Positions 15,280 through 29,559 of a DNA stretch of 64,000 nt are shown here, piece after piece. The stretch covers positions 280,736,001 through 280,800,000 of the forward strand of contig OZ024740.1 in NCBI GenBank assembly GCA_964016885.1. Direction: 5' to 3'. The stretch is from Eledone cirrhosa. Its lineage: Eukaryota. The first letter of the stretch is position 1; each line of letters starts with the position of its first letter. A program made the translations under genes and the position numbers. The notes under the pieces were generated by a model that saw only the letters and a list, made by a program, of their open reading frames with translations, was not told the DNA's origin and did not search any database.

Positions 15280-15506
15280 AACGTTTGTTCTGCTGATCTT
15301 TTTAAATTGCAAACTAAAATTAGGGAAGTCTTTCAATCGTTTACATCCGGCATTTCATGTAAAACTTAGATCTAATTTCTATAAGTTTTTCATAATTTAA
15401 CTTTATTATATATATATATATATATACATGAAATGCCGGATGTAAATGATTGAAAGGTTTCCCTAATTTTAGTTTGCAATTTAAAAAGATCAGCAGAACA
15501 AACGTT
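15280..15506. repeat. ~82-bp inverted repeat (15280-15361 / 15425-15506) around a spacer with (TA)n
   Basis: aacgtttgttctgctgatc...ggcatttcatgta versus tacatgaaatgcc...gatcagcagaacaaacgtt. Confidence 0.85.
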
Positions 15507-15781
15507 ATTTCAGACTGAAGAGATCTTAAACAGATTAACAGATCTAGGAAATTTATTGTTTATTAATCAAACAAATCTTAAAACGATAAAGAGAAATTCT
15601 AAAATGTATTTCATCTACATATTTTTCATTAGCATATATATACTCGAAAGGAAAACCGTTGATTATGAGAAAGACACCTTTGGTCTGAATATATTAAATA
15701 TTGCAAATTTTGAAAATATTTAATTCCGTATTTCTATTAATGCTTTTTATTCTTTGCTAACAGATCATTTTATTTTTTCAG

Positions 15782-16335
15782 GTGCGGTTTGTTTCGGTTA
15801 TGATATGTTATCAATAGGATCTTTCCGAGCCAATATGATAAATCAGTTTATAAAGCTTCTTCTTCCGTATACTGGATATGGAGCTTTCGAAATTATTGCG
15901 CTTTCTCATTGCCCGCAGACGTTTAGTGTACCATTGACTCGATTAAATTCGGAAACTGAATCAAACACTACCAGTATTACACCTATTAAAAGTGTTTCAA
16001 ATCTTGAAGGAGTTGTTTCCAAAATAAGTCAGAATGTTCAATCAAAATTATATTTAAACAAAGTCCGCTCCACCATTGTCATATATTTCGATTCATCCAT
16101 AAATGTTATCACACCTCATATCATTGAAGAAATCAGTAAACTCTGGAATCTTAACTATAAAGTATTTCTAGTTAATATTGGATATACCCTGCCGCCACAG
16201 TATCTGTTACTAAAATCCTTGAACTGTCATATATTCCAAGTACCAACATATGAAGTTATGTTAAACAAGATCAGAAATACACCATATTATTTCCGACCGA
16301 TGCTAAATCTGCCTTTAGCAAATATTTATAATTGA
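15782..16335 (+). CDS. Terminal exon encoding a degenerate vWA-like domain
   Basis: Acceptor ttttattttttcag, phase 1. AVCFGYD...TIVIYFDS...ISKLWNLNYKVFLVNIG...HIFQVPTYEVML follows the vWA beta/alpha pattern without the DxSxS MIDAS. Ends in TGA. Confidence 0.75.
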
Positions 16336-16450
16336 TGTTTTTAAATATCCAATAGTTCACATACAGAGAGGGACACACAAATTATATATATATATATGTG
16401 TGTTTGTGTGTGTGTGTGTATATAAATATATGTGTGTGTATATATATATG

Positions 16451-16558
<108 letters not shown>

Positions 16559-17137
16559 CATATATATATAATAGAATGTTGTAGTTTGCTTGAAGCATTG
16601 TGCATAGTATACAATGTAGAAAATGATATGTTTAAGAAGGCCAAAACAATGCGAAATGAACGGTAAAATGAAGGCAAAGAAAAAGTTTGTTAATTGGTAT
16701 TTATTATTATTATCCTTTTAAGGGCGGTCGATTGACAATATCAGTAAAGGGTCGGACGCCATGCTTTCCAGCATAGTTACGTCCCTTTACGATCTGAGTT
16801 CAAATCCCGCCGAGGTTGACTTTGCCTTTCATCCCTACGGGGTCGATAAAATAAAGTACCAGTAATGCACTGGGTAATTGCTGGCCTTGTGCCTAAAGTA
16901 GAAACAATTATATTATATTATATTATAATATATTATAATATAATATAATATAATATTATATTATTTTATATTATAATATAATATAATATAATATTATATT
17001 ATATTATAATATATTATAATATAATATTATATAAAAAAAACGGACCCCCCCCCCCATAAAAAAACAGGGCACCCAAATAAAGTACCAGTAATGCACTGGG
17101 TAATTGCTGGCCTTGTACCAAAAGTAGAAACAATTAT

Positions 17138-17171
<34 letters not shown>

Positions 17172-17899
17172 CATATGTATATATATATATATGACATAAT
17201 GCAAATGGTTAATATTTAATATATAAAATATACGAGAAATTTGTATGAGTGCCCTTGCACGGAAAATAATTTTAGCGAGGGAAATGGACCACGTCTATGG
17301 AGCTTCATTACAAATTACACTGTGGATTACATAAAACATTTCTTGAAAAAAAAAGAACATGCACCCCTCCATATATTTATATAGGCGTGTGATTCACTGG
17401 CTAGAGAGTTGAATTCACAATGGTACACAGCTCACAAAGACAAGATTGAAGTAAAACGAAACCCCCCCCCCCCCACAAAATACAAAACAAAAAAGAAAAC
17501 CAAGATGGAGCAACAAAAAAAAAAAGTACAAAGTAACAACAAAAGTAGTCACTGAGCAGGTCACAAAATGTGTGATTAAAGAACTTTGACACTCCATCCG
17601 GTTATTATTCTAACTGACGGAAATTATACTAATAAATTAAAATGAAACCTACAGGTGCGTGTGTTTTTATTTGCAGCATGACCCCCTCCCCCAAGTATAA
17701 CAGTGTACATATATATTCAAAATAGGGGCACACAGGACAAAGACAATTGAAAAAAACAACATAAAGACGGACAGCCCTGTCGAAACGGCCGGAGCTTAGC
17801 CGTCGGGCTCCTGAATCTTTTCATATTACCCACTCTACTACTCCAAGTATCGAGTACTCTGGTAGGTTATGGTCTATCTGGTATCTTACTAAACCCTCT

Positions 17900-17936
<37 letters not shown>

Positions 17937-17949
17937 TCTCTGATATATA

Positions 17950-18558
17950 TATATTAAAATAAATTAAATTAAAAGTAAGATGACGCATATATATAAAATA
18001 AACACATCAAATAGTTACAGGGGATAATTTGGGAAGAGTGTTTAACATACATAGTTACGGAGGAAATATATTAAAAACTAACAAGAACCTTGAATATATA
18101 TACCCTTCAATAAAGATTAATCTCCTTTGTATATATTCCATTGAAGAAATATATATTCACCATTAATCAGTGAATCAAGATTTAAATATCTATGATCACA
18201 CACTAGAAGCAAATCAGGGAATAATGGTGTAAAAGCACGTGTAGTTTAAAAAATACATATCGCTTCGCCGTCAAGCCAGTGGCGCGAAAAGAATTATGAG
18301 CAGCTATAAATAACGGGCGATTCCTTTCAACATAATAAGCTCTACTAAAATATACGTAGGAGCCGTACATATCAAAATTAGATTTAGGATGTCATGTCTG
18401 AGAATATCAGAATCATGCGCCATATCACCTGTGGAATAAGCTCTAACATTCCAAGCAGTAAATCCGAGCATTTATATTAAATTAAATTAAAAGTAAGATG
18501 ACGTATGTATATAAAATAAACACATCAAATAGTTACAGGGGTTAATTTGTGAAGAGTG
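17950..18558. repeat. ~85-bp direct repeats flanking a ~430-bp core (pseudo-LTR-like remnant in TA tract)
   Basis: aaattaaattaaaagtaagatgacg...aatagttacaggg..aatttg.gaagagtg occurs at ~17960 and ~18478. Confidence 0.7.
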
Positions 18559-18678
18559 AAATTTGATAATTTTGATATATATATATAGTAATAATAATAA
18601 ATTTGAAGACTAAAATCCAAAGAGGGCTCGATAAGGATAAATATATATCAAATATATAAGAACCGTAGAGCAAATATT

Positions 18679-18815
18679 TATTAAAATAACAGATTAAAGT
18701 TTAAGCAAAGAATCGCTGCTTTCGCCCTTTACGGTTTAAGAGTTTAGTTTCAGAAGATCCCGTTAAGGGTGAAAGCAGCGATTCTTTGCTTAAACTTTAA
18801 TCTGTCATTTTAATA
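18679..18815. repeat. 56-bp-arm hairpin next to (TA)n
   Basis: tattaaaataacagattaaag...gccctttacgg / ccgttaagggtgaaag...tctgtcattttaata. Confidence 0.85.
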
Positions 18816-18837
18816 TATATATATATATATACGATCT

Positions 18838-19030
18838 TAATGTCGTGGGTTCGATGCATGGATTGCGTGTTGCTCCAATATACTCAGCTGAAAATGAGTA
18901 CCAGCAATAGCTGGGGGTTTAACCCTCCGATGGACTGGCGTCCTGTCCAGGGGGGGGGGGGGATTCTTGTACTCTCAGTCGCTTCACGACATGAAACCAG
19001 GATAAGCACCGGCCAAATGAGCCTTCTGGA
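18838..19030 (+). mobile_element. tRNA-derived SINE, third family (copies at 22645-22900 -, 42740-42960 +, 60215-60468 +)
   Basis: ggttcgat...cacgttgctcca..tactcagctgaaaatgagtacc...ttaaccc.gcgatggactggcgtcctgtccaggg. Confidence 0.7.
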
Positions 19031-19055
19031 TCAAGATAAGCTTTAGTCTTTTTAG

Positions 19056-19143
<88 letters not shown>

Positions 19144-19412
19144 CATAAAACATGTCTATAGAATCACCAGATAAAATATATACCATTTCCTCTCCCAATT
19201 AGCATAATTAACTATATAAAAAATCGAATAGACCAGGCTATAAGAATAAGGCTTCTATGAAGAAATCTCCAACAAATAACCGAAACTAGCCCTTCGCGTC
19301 GGCTGCAACGGAATATTTATCGAATATTTCGACAGCATAATCGCCCAGATACAGTTAATTAAACAGAATTAGCTGTAAAATAAGCTAGGAGAAAATAGAA
19401 TACATTTAAATA

Positions 19413-19486
19413 CCTCTACCATGGTTTCGTCCGCATTTTCAGATTTCCAATAACTTTGTAACTCGAGCATCGGACTCTTCATGAGA
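19413..19486 (-). ncRNA. Hammerhead-like motif with extended stem II
   Basis: Reverse complement: ctc-ATGAAGA-gtccg...cggac-GAAAC-catg-GTA-gag. Palindromic ACCATGGT stem III and a GUA triplet. Confidence 0.5.
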
Positions 19487-19784
19487 TTTGCTCTGTTCCA
19501 GACACTAAATTTTCCAAAGTGATCGCTCCAAGAATTCATTCAAAATGGCTAAGAATCGTGACGTAGCAGTTGTCAGGTTGGAAGGGGTGTGGTAGTTGCT
19601 TACGGCTGGTGGCTTTTTGCTAGAAAGCACAGCACAAAACAGCCAAATTTGTATCTCAACCTAATGGGAGATTATTACATATAAAAGTTTACATATATAT
19701 ATATACATACATACATACATATACGTGTTTTGCAACGGGTCACATTGTGCCTCAATGAAAAGTTAATAAATTAAATAATCAGAG

Positions 19785-19833
<49 letters not shown>

Positions 19834-19836
19834 ATA

Positions 19837-20600
19837 TTAGAATTGGTGCTCTGAAATAGCTATATATATATGAATGTATATATAGTGTATTTTGCAATAC
19901 ACTGTATGCTAAATTAAAAGCATGTCGAAGACCTTATGCTATTGTTTTAGAGTAGTGACAGACTCACTTACTTTAATTTCAGCAAACAGGGGGAGATAAA
20001 GCTGACAAAACCTTGTTTCGCATTTATTGATGCTTATCAAAGCCAACTACTCCTCCTGTCTGCTGAAATCATGAATGTTTGGTTCTTATAGAATTCTAGT
20101 AAATAATCAGGAACTGATTATACAGAGCGGTTGCCGGTCAAGCATAAATTGAAAATTAGAATTGATGCTCTGAAATAACTATACATATATGAATGTATAT
20201 ATAGTGTATTTTGAAATACACTGTATGCTTAATTAAAAGCATTTCGAAGACCTTATGCTATTGTTTTAGAGTTGTGACAGACTCACTTACTTTAATTTTA
20301 GCAAACAATTCTAATTTTCAATTTCTGCTTGACCGGCAACCGCTCTGTATAATCAGTTCCTGATTATTACTAAAATTCTATAAGAACCAAACATCCATGA
20401 TTTCAGCAGACAGGAGGAGTAGTTGGCTTTGATAAGCATCAATAAATACGAAACACGACCTTGTCAGCTTTATCTCCCCCCTTTTTTTGCTGAAATTAAA
20501 GTAAGTGAGTCTGTCACTACTCTAAAACAATAGCATAAGGTCTTCGAAATGCTTTTAATTAAGCATACAGTGTATTGCAAAATATACTATATATACATTC

Positions 20601-20610
<10 letters not shown>
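19837..20610. mobile_element. Tandem-plus-inverted repeat block (A-B-A' followed by inverted B-A) in (TA)n, with PLE pseudo-LTR architecture
   Basis: 19837-19988 is repeated at 20156-20307. 20308-20610 is the reverse complement of ~19860-20163. Confidence 0.75.
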
Positions 20611-20636
<26 letters not shown>

Positions 20637-21202
20637 ACTTAGGTATTATATAATTGTGTATGATTGTAATTATGCATGTAATGTATATGTATGCATAGGT
20701 CTATGTGTGCGTAAGATATTTAATACTTCCAATCGATGTAATACCGTAAAATATATATAGTCTGCAATATATTCTCTGAATTATTTTTACACAGTTTTGT
20801 ACTGCCGTAATTTACACATCTCACACTCATACGCAAACATACACAAATACACACACTCACATTAATATATATATGCTTGTATGTATATATTATTTATTTG
20901 TTTGTTTACATGTTAAACATTAATTTGTTAACAAAATGTATATGTACTTTAAACAACAGAACGAAATTTATCTCGTAGCATTCATCAAATTCATTTCCCT
21001 TGATACACGAGTCAGCGGGGTTACTTTAATTCTAAACCTTTTAACCTTAGTCCCAAACTTAACCCTGACTCTAAACCTAAGACTATCCCTATCTTTTCTA
21101 ACTTTAACGTTGCCGGATCTTTACCTAACTCTAATGAGCTCTAATCTTCGCTATATCCTAGCTGAAACCCAGCCTTAACTCTATCCATAACGGGCCCTAA
21201 CC

Positions 21203-21238
<36 letters not shown>

Positions 21239-21346
21239 ATGAACCCGGTGAATCCGAAGAAATATTTTCGTTTTCGTTTTGTTATAAACATAGTTTAACA
21301 ATCATCTTTTATCTTTAATTTAAAAACAACAGGAGACTGTTTATAT

Positions 21347-21652
21347 CAATCATGGGCAAACTGCAGCCCACGAAGCTTTCTGAACGGCTCGCCTAAGTCA
21401 CCTAAGTGAAATCTTTCTGCTTTTTCTACCCCAACCTTTCAGTCGTTATTTATCTTTCTATAATTTTTACGATCGAAAAAAAGAACAAAAAAAAACAACA
21501 AGTGTACGAATTCTGAAGAAACAAATCAAAGCACCCTGAATTACCGCCTTTTTTTTAATGCGGGCACGAATGTGAATTAGCGATTGCGGCCCGCTTGATG
21601 ATGAGCCATATCTCATGCGGCCCGCTTCTCGAAAAAGGTTGCCCATGTTTTG
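21347..21652. mobile_element. hAT-family MITE
   Basis: TIRs caatcatgggcaaact / aggttgcccatgttttg, an 8-bp TSD gtttatat (21339-21346 and 21653-21660), and internal gcggcccgc repeats. Confidence 0.85.
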
Positions 21653-23282
21653 GTTTATATAAATGATTAATGTTCGGGGGATTTAAGAAGGCGGCGAATT
21701 GGCAGAGTCGTTAGAACATCGGATAGTATGTTTTGCGGTATTCGGTTCGGTTCTCTGCCTTCTCAATTCAACCATTCGAGGTCGATAAAAAAATGTCTAG
21801 GACTGGGATCAATTTTTCCACTATATCTCTTTCTCATATTCATTTCCTCACTCACTTTTCCTTTTCTGGAAGAAATCTTGGAGAGAATTGGGTTCCACTA
21901 GGTTTTAAAATGCTCTAGAAATGCTTATTATCGATACGGCGCCCCTACGATTCCCTCAGAAATTACGTGCATATGATTTTTACAGCAGTAGAACGTATTT
22001 ATCTGTTATCTTTTCAAATGTTTGACGCAATGGCTTTAAACAATTTATATCTTTATATTTCTATCTGATCTACATTGGTTAACTTCAAAATAGTTTCTCT
22101 TGTTTGTTTTCCATTTCCTGTACCGTACCCAAAATAACTAAATATAATTATTTACACAGAGTGAGAAACTGTATTGTTTTCACATGGACGGCAAAACAGA
22201 TAGGACATCAAACAGAATTGGCTGGTCGCTGCTAGACAGATTTGAAATAACAGTTATATAAAGAAGAGCACCAGACTAATAATTGGTTTCTTATATAGGC
22301 ACAAGACCAGTGATTTTGGGGGAGAGGAAAGTCTATTAAATCGACCCCAGTGCGTGACTGGTACTTTATTTTATCGACCCCATGAGGATGAAAGGCAAAG
22401 TTAACCTCGGCGGGATATGAACTCAGATCATAAAGGGCCGTAACTCTTTGCTGCAAAGCATGGCGTCCGACTCTCTACCGATACTGCCAATCCACCTCCC
22501 TCGAGAGTACCAGACTAATTATTATTCAATATATAGGTTTGTCTTTGTGCAGTTCGAAATAACATTTTGGCGGGAATGGTTAAAATTCTATTTCTCTAGG
22601 CTCAGTAAAAATAGCCTAAAGTCTGTCCCGAGCCTGGAGCTTCATCAGACCGGTGCTTATCTCCGTTTCTGAGGCGTTAAGCAACTGAGAGTACATCGCT
22701 TCTCATTGGACAGGACGCCAGTCCCTCACAGGGTTTAAATCCCAGCTACTGCTGGTATTCATTTTCCCCTGAGTGTACTGGAGCAACGTGAAATGAAGTG
22801 TTTTGTTGAAGAACACAACACACAATGCAGTTCAGAAATCGAACCCACAGCGTTATGATCGTACGTCCAACACACTTACCATTAGCACACGTGCCTTCAC
22901 TGTAAACATATCAAGGGTCGATTCAAGGGCCGATTCAACAATGAAAGATTAAGAAGATTTCGCTCATTTTCATTAAGAATTCAACTTGAAAAATATCCAC
23001 GGTTGAAAATAGATACACCTATTTTATATAAGTAGAGAATCGCTACTTAGTTGCTCAACCTACAAGTAATAGCAGCCAAATATTTCTCAAAGTCATACAT
23101 TGCCTTCTTAAAAAAACGGAAGAAGACACTAGACGATGTAGTTCTGTTGGATCATCAATTATTAAATTTGTAGAAATTTATAGAAGAAAAAACAAATTTC
23201 TACAAATTTCATACTTGACGACACAATAGATACTTTGTGCTTAATAACTATATGGGTTAGTCGTTGATAGCTAGGTTCGCTG

Positions 23283-23315
<33 letters not shown>

Positions 23316-23897
23316 AACAAAAACAACAACAGCCACAACAACAACAACGACATCAACAACAACAACAACAACGACAACAACGACGACAACAACAATAACG
23401 ATAATAACAACAACAACAAAAACAACGACAACAACGACAACAACAGCAGCAGCAGCAGCAACAACGGTATTCCGTCTCGATGAGTCAGAATCTTATCGTT
23501 TTACAATAATCTCCCATTTCCATGGTGGTGGTACAAACAAGCAATCCCATGTTGATTTTTGTATTTTAGTATTTGATGAAGATAACATAATGTTACAGGA
23601 ATGACTGTAAACGAAAAGAGAGAAAAAGATATTCGGTGAAGGATGAAGAAATAGAACTTGCTTTCCTCGTGACTTACACAACATGACATCTCAGACATCA
23701 CATTGATTCCATTCATATTTCTCTTTACAATTAACATTTAAACATTTTTACCAATAACTTAGTTAGAATGTTGTATCATTTTACTAAAACTATACTAAAC
23801 ACACTATCTCGGTATTATCAAGCTATCCGTCATTTCATAGAAATTTATAATTTATAAAAATAATAAAAGAAGCATTGGTGTATCACCACTCCACCAC

Positions 23898-24600
23898 ATT
23901 CTTCTTCTTCTTCTTCTTCTTCTTCTTCTTCTTCTTCTTCTTCTTCTTCTTCTTCTTCTTCTTCTTCTTCTTCTTCTTCTTCTTCTTCTTCTTGGGAAGG
24001 TCATAAGGGCAGAGACCTCAGACACGCTTTCCCAAGGATCATCACAGAAGCAAACGTCTCCACTTGATCCCATTGGATCCCCAAGTGAGACAAACCGTCC
24101 AGTAATTCTTTCCTTAGACATTCTAACCACATGTCCGTAGTACCGGAGCTATGATCTCTCGATTCGGAGAAACTGCGACTCTTCCTGGAGTGACTACCTT
24201 ATTGAGTAACCTAACTCCAAAGACCCTTCGGAGGAATCCCATTTTGGCCGCTTGTATTCACGATCGTATTCTTTAGGTTATTGCTCAAGATTCAGGGTCA
24301 TAGGTAAGGGTTGGCACGAATACCAATTTGAAGATAGTGAATTTGGCTTACACTCCTTACAGCCCTTCTGATAACCGAGTGATCTAACTGGTGCATTACT
24401 GCACCAGCTCCAGCAATATTTGCTTTTAATTCAGCTTCATGTTTTCCATCACTCGTGAAAATGGCCTCAAGGTATTGAAACTTTTCCCTGCTTCAGTGTA
24501 ACTTCACCGACATGCAAACTTTCTTGAGAGGACAAGTGTTTCAGTCTTCACAGAATTTATTGTCATTCCTACCGTGCAGCGCTCAGAAATAAACCGATCC
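23898..24600 (-). mobile_element. Decayed RTE-clade LINE 3' fragment with (GAA)n tail
   Basis: The minus strand reads ..IAGAGAVMHQL..KFTIFKLVFVPTLTYDPES..LRRVFGVRLLNKV. The (TTC)n tract at 23898-23993 is the tail. Confidence 0.65.
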
Positions 24601-25727
24601 AATGCTGGTACACAAATATGGCTGCTAAGTAATGGATATTGATGTAAAAATCCACTCGGCGTTATTCTATGTTCAAAGACATTCTAGAAAATGAATACCC
24701 TCTTCAATTTGTCTAAATGTTAAATATCATACTTCTTTCTTAGTCCCTTATTTGTGTTTGTCATGGTGTTTGTATTGGATATGTTTTCTTCCGATTTTAA
24801 GTTCTATCGAGTGAGTGGGTGGGCTTTGTTTTAACTTCCAGAATATGGATAGCCACTTCAAGTTGAAAAAAAGCACACTCACACAATAATAAATATAAGT
24901 GGAATAGAAACAGCTATATCACCGGCCTCCCCTGCGTATTGTGGCTGATGTTAAACATTGGCTTTGTCGAAAACCTTTTTATCCTTATGTGTATATGTAG
25001 ATGTATGTGAGTGAGTAAATATTTGTGCGTATATAAATATATATAGAAATAGATTTATGAAATCGCATTACCATTCAATGCTTTCGGCATCTAGGGCAGT
25101 GTCTGATCGCTCTGCATTATCTTGCTCAATGATAACTGAAATAAATTCCCATATAAAAGCATTGCTATTCAGATTTAGTAATGGGATGGCAATAATCGAA
25201 CAAAGCGATGAGGGTTAGCAAAAAATTAATGATTTCTAGTATAGGCACAAGGCCAGTAATTTGGAGGGGAGGGGAAAGTCGATTAAATCGACCCCAGTGC
25301 GTACGTTGCTGGTGCTTTATTTTATCGACCCCCGTAAGGATGAAAGGCAAAGTTAACCTTGGCAGGATTTGAACTCAGACTGTAAAGGGCTGTAACTCTA
25401 TGCAGCAAAGCATAGTGTCCGACTCTCTACCGATACTGCCAATACACCGTCCTAGGGTTAGTAAAAAATTAATAAAAATAATTGAGCTATACACACTACT
25501 AAAGAAAGGGAAGAATAGAAAATGAAAAGAAGAAAACGAAAGAAAGATCAAGCGGCAAAAAAGGTAGGGGGAAAGACAGTACTACACCCCAGTCTAAGCG
25601 GTGTCTCAACTGCGCACCGCAGATAAAACGACAAAAGCATTAGTTTCAACACACGGTTTCACATCAAGAATCTTCTAAAAGAATACAAAAACAACAACAA
25701 CAAAAAATCCAAAAGCAACAACAACAG

Positions 25728-25854
<127 letters not shown>

Positions 25855-26255
25855 ATTTCAATATATTGTTCAATAAGAATATATTTCGTTCTGAATTAGC
25901 TTTGATGAAGAATTTTGAAAATTAAGCTGACATTCCAGTTTTCTCAATTTCTAGTAGAAAATCTTAATATCATTTATATATAATTACTTAATAATTATAG
26001 TTTTTCCTCGAAAATATAAAAACAAAATATCACGTTTTGATCTATATAACCAGTATTCTTTTTCGTAGAGTATTCATATCTATCCAAGAATAGTATTAAT
26101 TTCACATCTAATTTTGTGAAGCTGAATTCGCATGACGCAATTCATCTATGATTTGCATGTATTAGCAAATAAGTGGAATTAACGTGGTGCAGTAAATTTT
26201 ATTTTCTGCTTGGGTTGTCTAAGTAGAGAATAAGTCAGTAAATCTATGCATAATA

Positions 26256-26450
26256 CTAGACCCCCTGGGGCCCGTTGGGCTACCTTCGCTTCAAAATATA
26301 AAAAAAAAATCATGTTCACTTAAAAATAATTTTTAAATAACTAAAATATACACAGACATACATATAATGTGAAATGAAACTGGAAGGTTCATATATATAC
26401 GTGTGTATGTATATAAATGTGAGTGTGTATGAGTATATATATATATATAT

Positions 26451-26485
<35 letters not shown>

Positions 26486-26529
26486 CTGTATATATGTGGG
26501 TGTCTGTGATTTATATGCACTGGTCATAG

Positions 26530-26594
<65 letters not shown>

Positions 26595-26915
26595 CACACA
26601 CACTCACATATATATAAACACAACAGCACTACCAGCTCCCTTCCATTCTCCCTCTCTGTCTCCTCTCCCTTTCTCTATGTCTCTCTTTCAATCTACTCGG
26701 TCAGAACCACTATCTCCCCGCCTCTCTCTCTGTTTATGAAGGTACCCGGAAAAACCCTATATCTCGTGAACCCATGGTCCGATTTACGCGAAACTAGTTT
26801 TATTCCATTTGTATTCCCATTTCAGAGTCAACTCCTTTCAAAGTATTTTCCCATTATGCGCCCTTTTGGCTGTATTACATTAGACAAGCAAGCAATCACA
26901 GACTTTTAGTAATAT
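26256..26915 (-). mobile_element. Non-autonomous Helitron/Helentron-like element
   Basis: The minus-strand 3' end is a GC hairpin plus CTAGT (gcccaacgggccccagggggtctagta). Internal microsatellites. 5' end tatattactaaaagtctg. Confidence 0.5.
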
Positions 26916-27479
26916 ATACATATATATATATATATATGGAATAGAATGAAACGAAATTTCATTTCTCACTCTTAGTACGGCACTTACTTAAATGTAAGTA
27001 TGTATGTATACGTACATACATATATGTATACAGACGTACAGTAGCATGTATATATATATATATATATATATACATACAGGCACACATATATATATGTACG
27101 TATCAGTTTAGCGAACATTTATTATAATGTTCGCTTTGTTCGTTTGTAAACAAACGGACAGCCTGATTTATGCCGTACGGTGTTAAGGCAACCACGTCAC
27201 CTTTTTGTTCAACACTGACACAGGAACGATGTACTAGTTTCAAGCTTGTTAGCTATAGTCAGCACCGTATACCCTTCTGCCAGATGGTTGAACGTTCGAA
27301 AGTATATACTTTCCTTATGAAAATTAACGGCTGAGCAGCCTAATTTGCATATCGAGTGAGTTCAGTCGGCCAGGCGCACAGAAAACGATAAATGGAATAG
27401 AATGAAACGAAATTTCATTTCTCACTCTTAGTACGGCACTTACTTAAATGTAAGTATGTATGTAATTTATCTACTAAAT

Positions 27480-27973
27480 TTCGTGGCTGTTCATTAAATA
27501 TATTGTATTACTTATTTAAAGATTCACTTCTTTAAAATTTTCAAATGTCAACACTTCTGGTTAGCGATCGCTTAGATAAATATTCATATATTTCTGTCAC
27601 CAATTTTCTCCTAATGCAGTTTATATATAATATCGTCTTTTTTTAATGTATCATGGATTTTTAATTTCTGTGTATATTGTCAATTACGATTTTATTTGAT
27701 CATATCTACATGCATATATACTTGCGTATAATATCAATATACACACTACACATGCTAGCAGATGCATAATATCGTCTTTTTTTTAATGTATCATGGATTA
27801 CGTTACTGATTACATAAGAGAGTGTACCACAGTCTTCGTTCAATTTCTGTGTATATTGTTAATTACGATTTTATTTGATGTATCATATCTACATGCATAT
27901 ATACTTGCGTATAATATCTACACACTACACATGCTACCAGAAAACCACCCGAAAGGTGGTTTTTCTGCTAGTA
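27480..27973 (+). mobile_element. Helitron-like 3' terminus with internal ~130-bp duplication
   Basis: Hairpin cagaaaaccacc-cgaa-aggtggtttttctg directly followed by CTAGT. 27627-27757 is repeated at 27767-27937. Confidence 0.5.
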
Positions 27974-28288
27974 TTAAATAATATTTTTGAAACGATCTTA
28001 GTGAGTAGCGGATACGGTCTTACAACCTCACTGCCCATGGGAATTTAATTTACAATAAAATTATGATTCCTGTTTGAAACCACTTCACGTGCTTTACTAA
28101 TAAAGCTATACAGGTAAAATATCGGATGAATGTCATTGCAGTGTTTCTTTTGAATCTTTACATTCTGAGTTCAAACGGCGTCAATAAAATAAAGTAGCTG
28201 TCAAGTTCTGGGTTGTTCAATTAGAAATCAATATATATGACATTTACTTGAAGGTTGTCAAAGTATGTAATAGATAACGAAAGAAATA

Positions 28289-29042
28289 TGACGAAATAAT
28301 TGTTTCTATTATAGGCACAAGGCCAGTAATTTGTGGGGAAGGGGAAAGTCGATTAAATCGACCCCAGTGCATTACTGGTGCTTTATTTTATCAACCTCAT
28401 GAGGATGAAAGGCAAAAACTAACCTCAGCGGGATTTGAACTCAGAACGCAAAGGGCCATAACTCTATGCCACAAAGCATTGTGCCCGCCCGACGCTCTAT
28501 CGATACTGCTAATCCACGACCCTAATACTACGAAATAATTGTTTCTACTTTAGGCACAAGGCCAGCAATTACCCAGTGCATTACTGGTACTTTATTTTAT
28601 CGACCCCGTAAGGATGAAAGGCAAAGTCAACCTCGACGAAATAATTGTTTCTATTTTAGGCACAAGGCCAGCAATTACCCAGTACATTACTGGTACTTTG
28701 TTTTTATCGACCCCGTAAGGATGAAAGGCAAAGTTAACCTCGGCAGGATTTGAACTCAGATCGTAAAGGGACGTAACTATGCTGGAAAGCATGTCCGATC
28801 CTCTACCGATACTGCCAATTCACAACCTCGACGAAATAATTGTTTCTACTTTAGGCACAAGGCCAGCAATTACCCAGTGCATTACTGGTACTTTATTTTA
28901 TCGACCCCGTAAGGATGAAAGGCAAAGTCAACCTCGGCGGGATTTGAACTCAGATCGTAAAGGGACGTAACTATGCTGGAAAGCATGGCGTCCGACCCTC
29001 TACTGATACTGCCAATCCACCAATCACAACCTCGACGAAATA
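28289..29042 (-). mobile_element. Tandem array of four SINE units (one truncated)
   Basis: Each unit starts cgaaataattgtttcta (28292, 28531, 28636, 28832). Confidence 0.9.
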
Positions 29043-29559
29043 ATAAAAATAAATCAGCTAAAGAGAAATCAGTTGCCAAAACATTTTATTAATGAAGTAA
29101 ATAAATATGAAGAAGTACTAAAACCAACAACAAGGCAACAACAGAAATATCTCATAAAGGAGACATTGATTTGACATTTGCAAATTCATCAGAAATGCTT
29201 ACTCGAGTTATTTAGTAAAAGGAATATTATGATTTCGTTATTAGTTAGGTAGAGTACTACACATTGAGAGACGTATGAGATGCTGGAACGCGACCACAGG
29301 AATAATATATGTGAAGATACTTTAGTCTAGCATTAAAACTGTACGTAGAATCGACTTAGTGCAACTTATTCTTTCTTCTACATAGCTTGTAGAAACAAGG
29401 ACAAATGTAATTGTTTAAATGTTAAATATCTTTCACACAGAGTTGGAAAACAGGGAGATGTTAAATGTTTATTCTCAAAATATATGTTTCACTCACAAAG
29501 TTGGCTTAAAAACCATTGATAGTTACATAAATATGAAAAAGAAAGATAAAAACAAAATT

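Noticed and set aside
21020-21205. Telomere-like ctaacc repeats
   Set aside because: Too degenerate and short to call an interstitial telomere.
28289-29042. Regularly repeated units suggesting a CRISPR array
   Set aside because: Eukaryotic SINE tandem with no unique spacers or cas genes.
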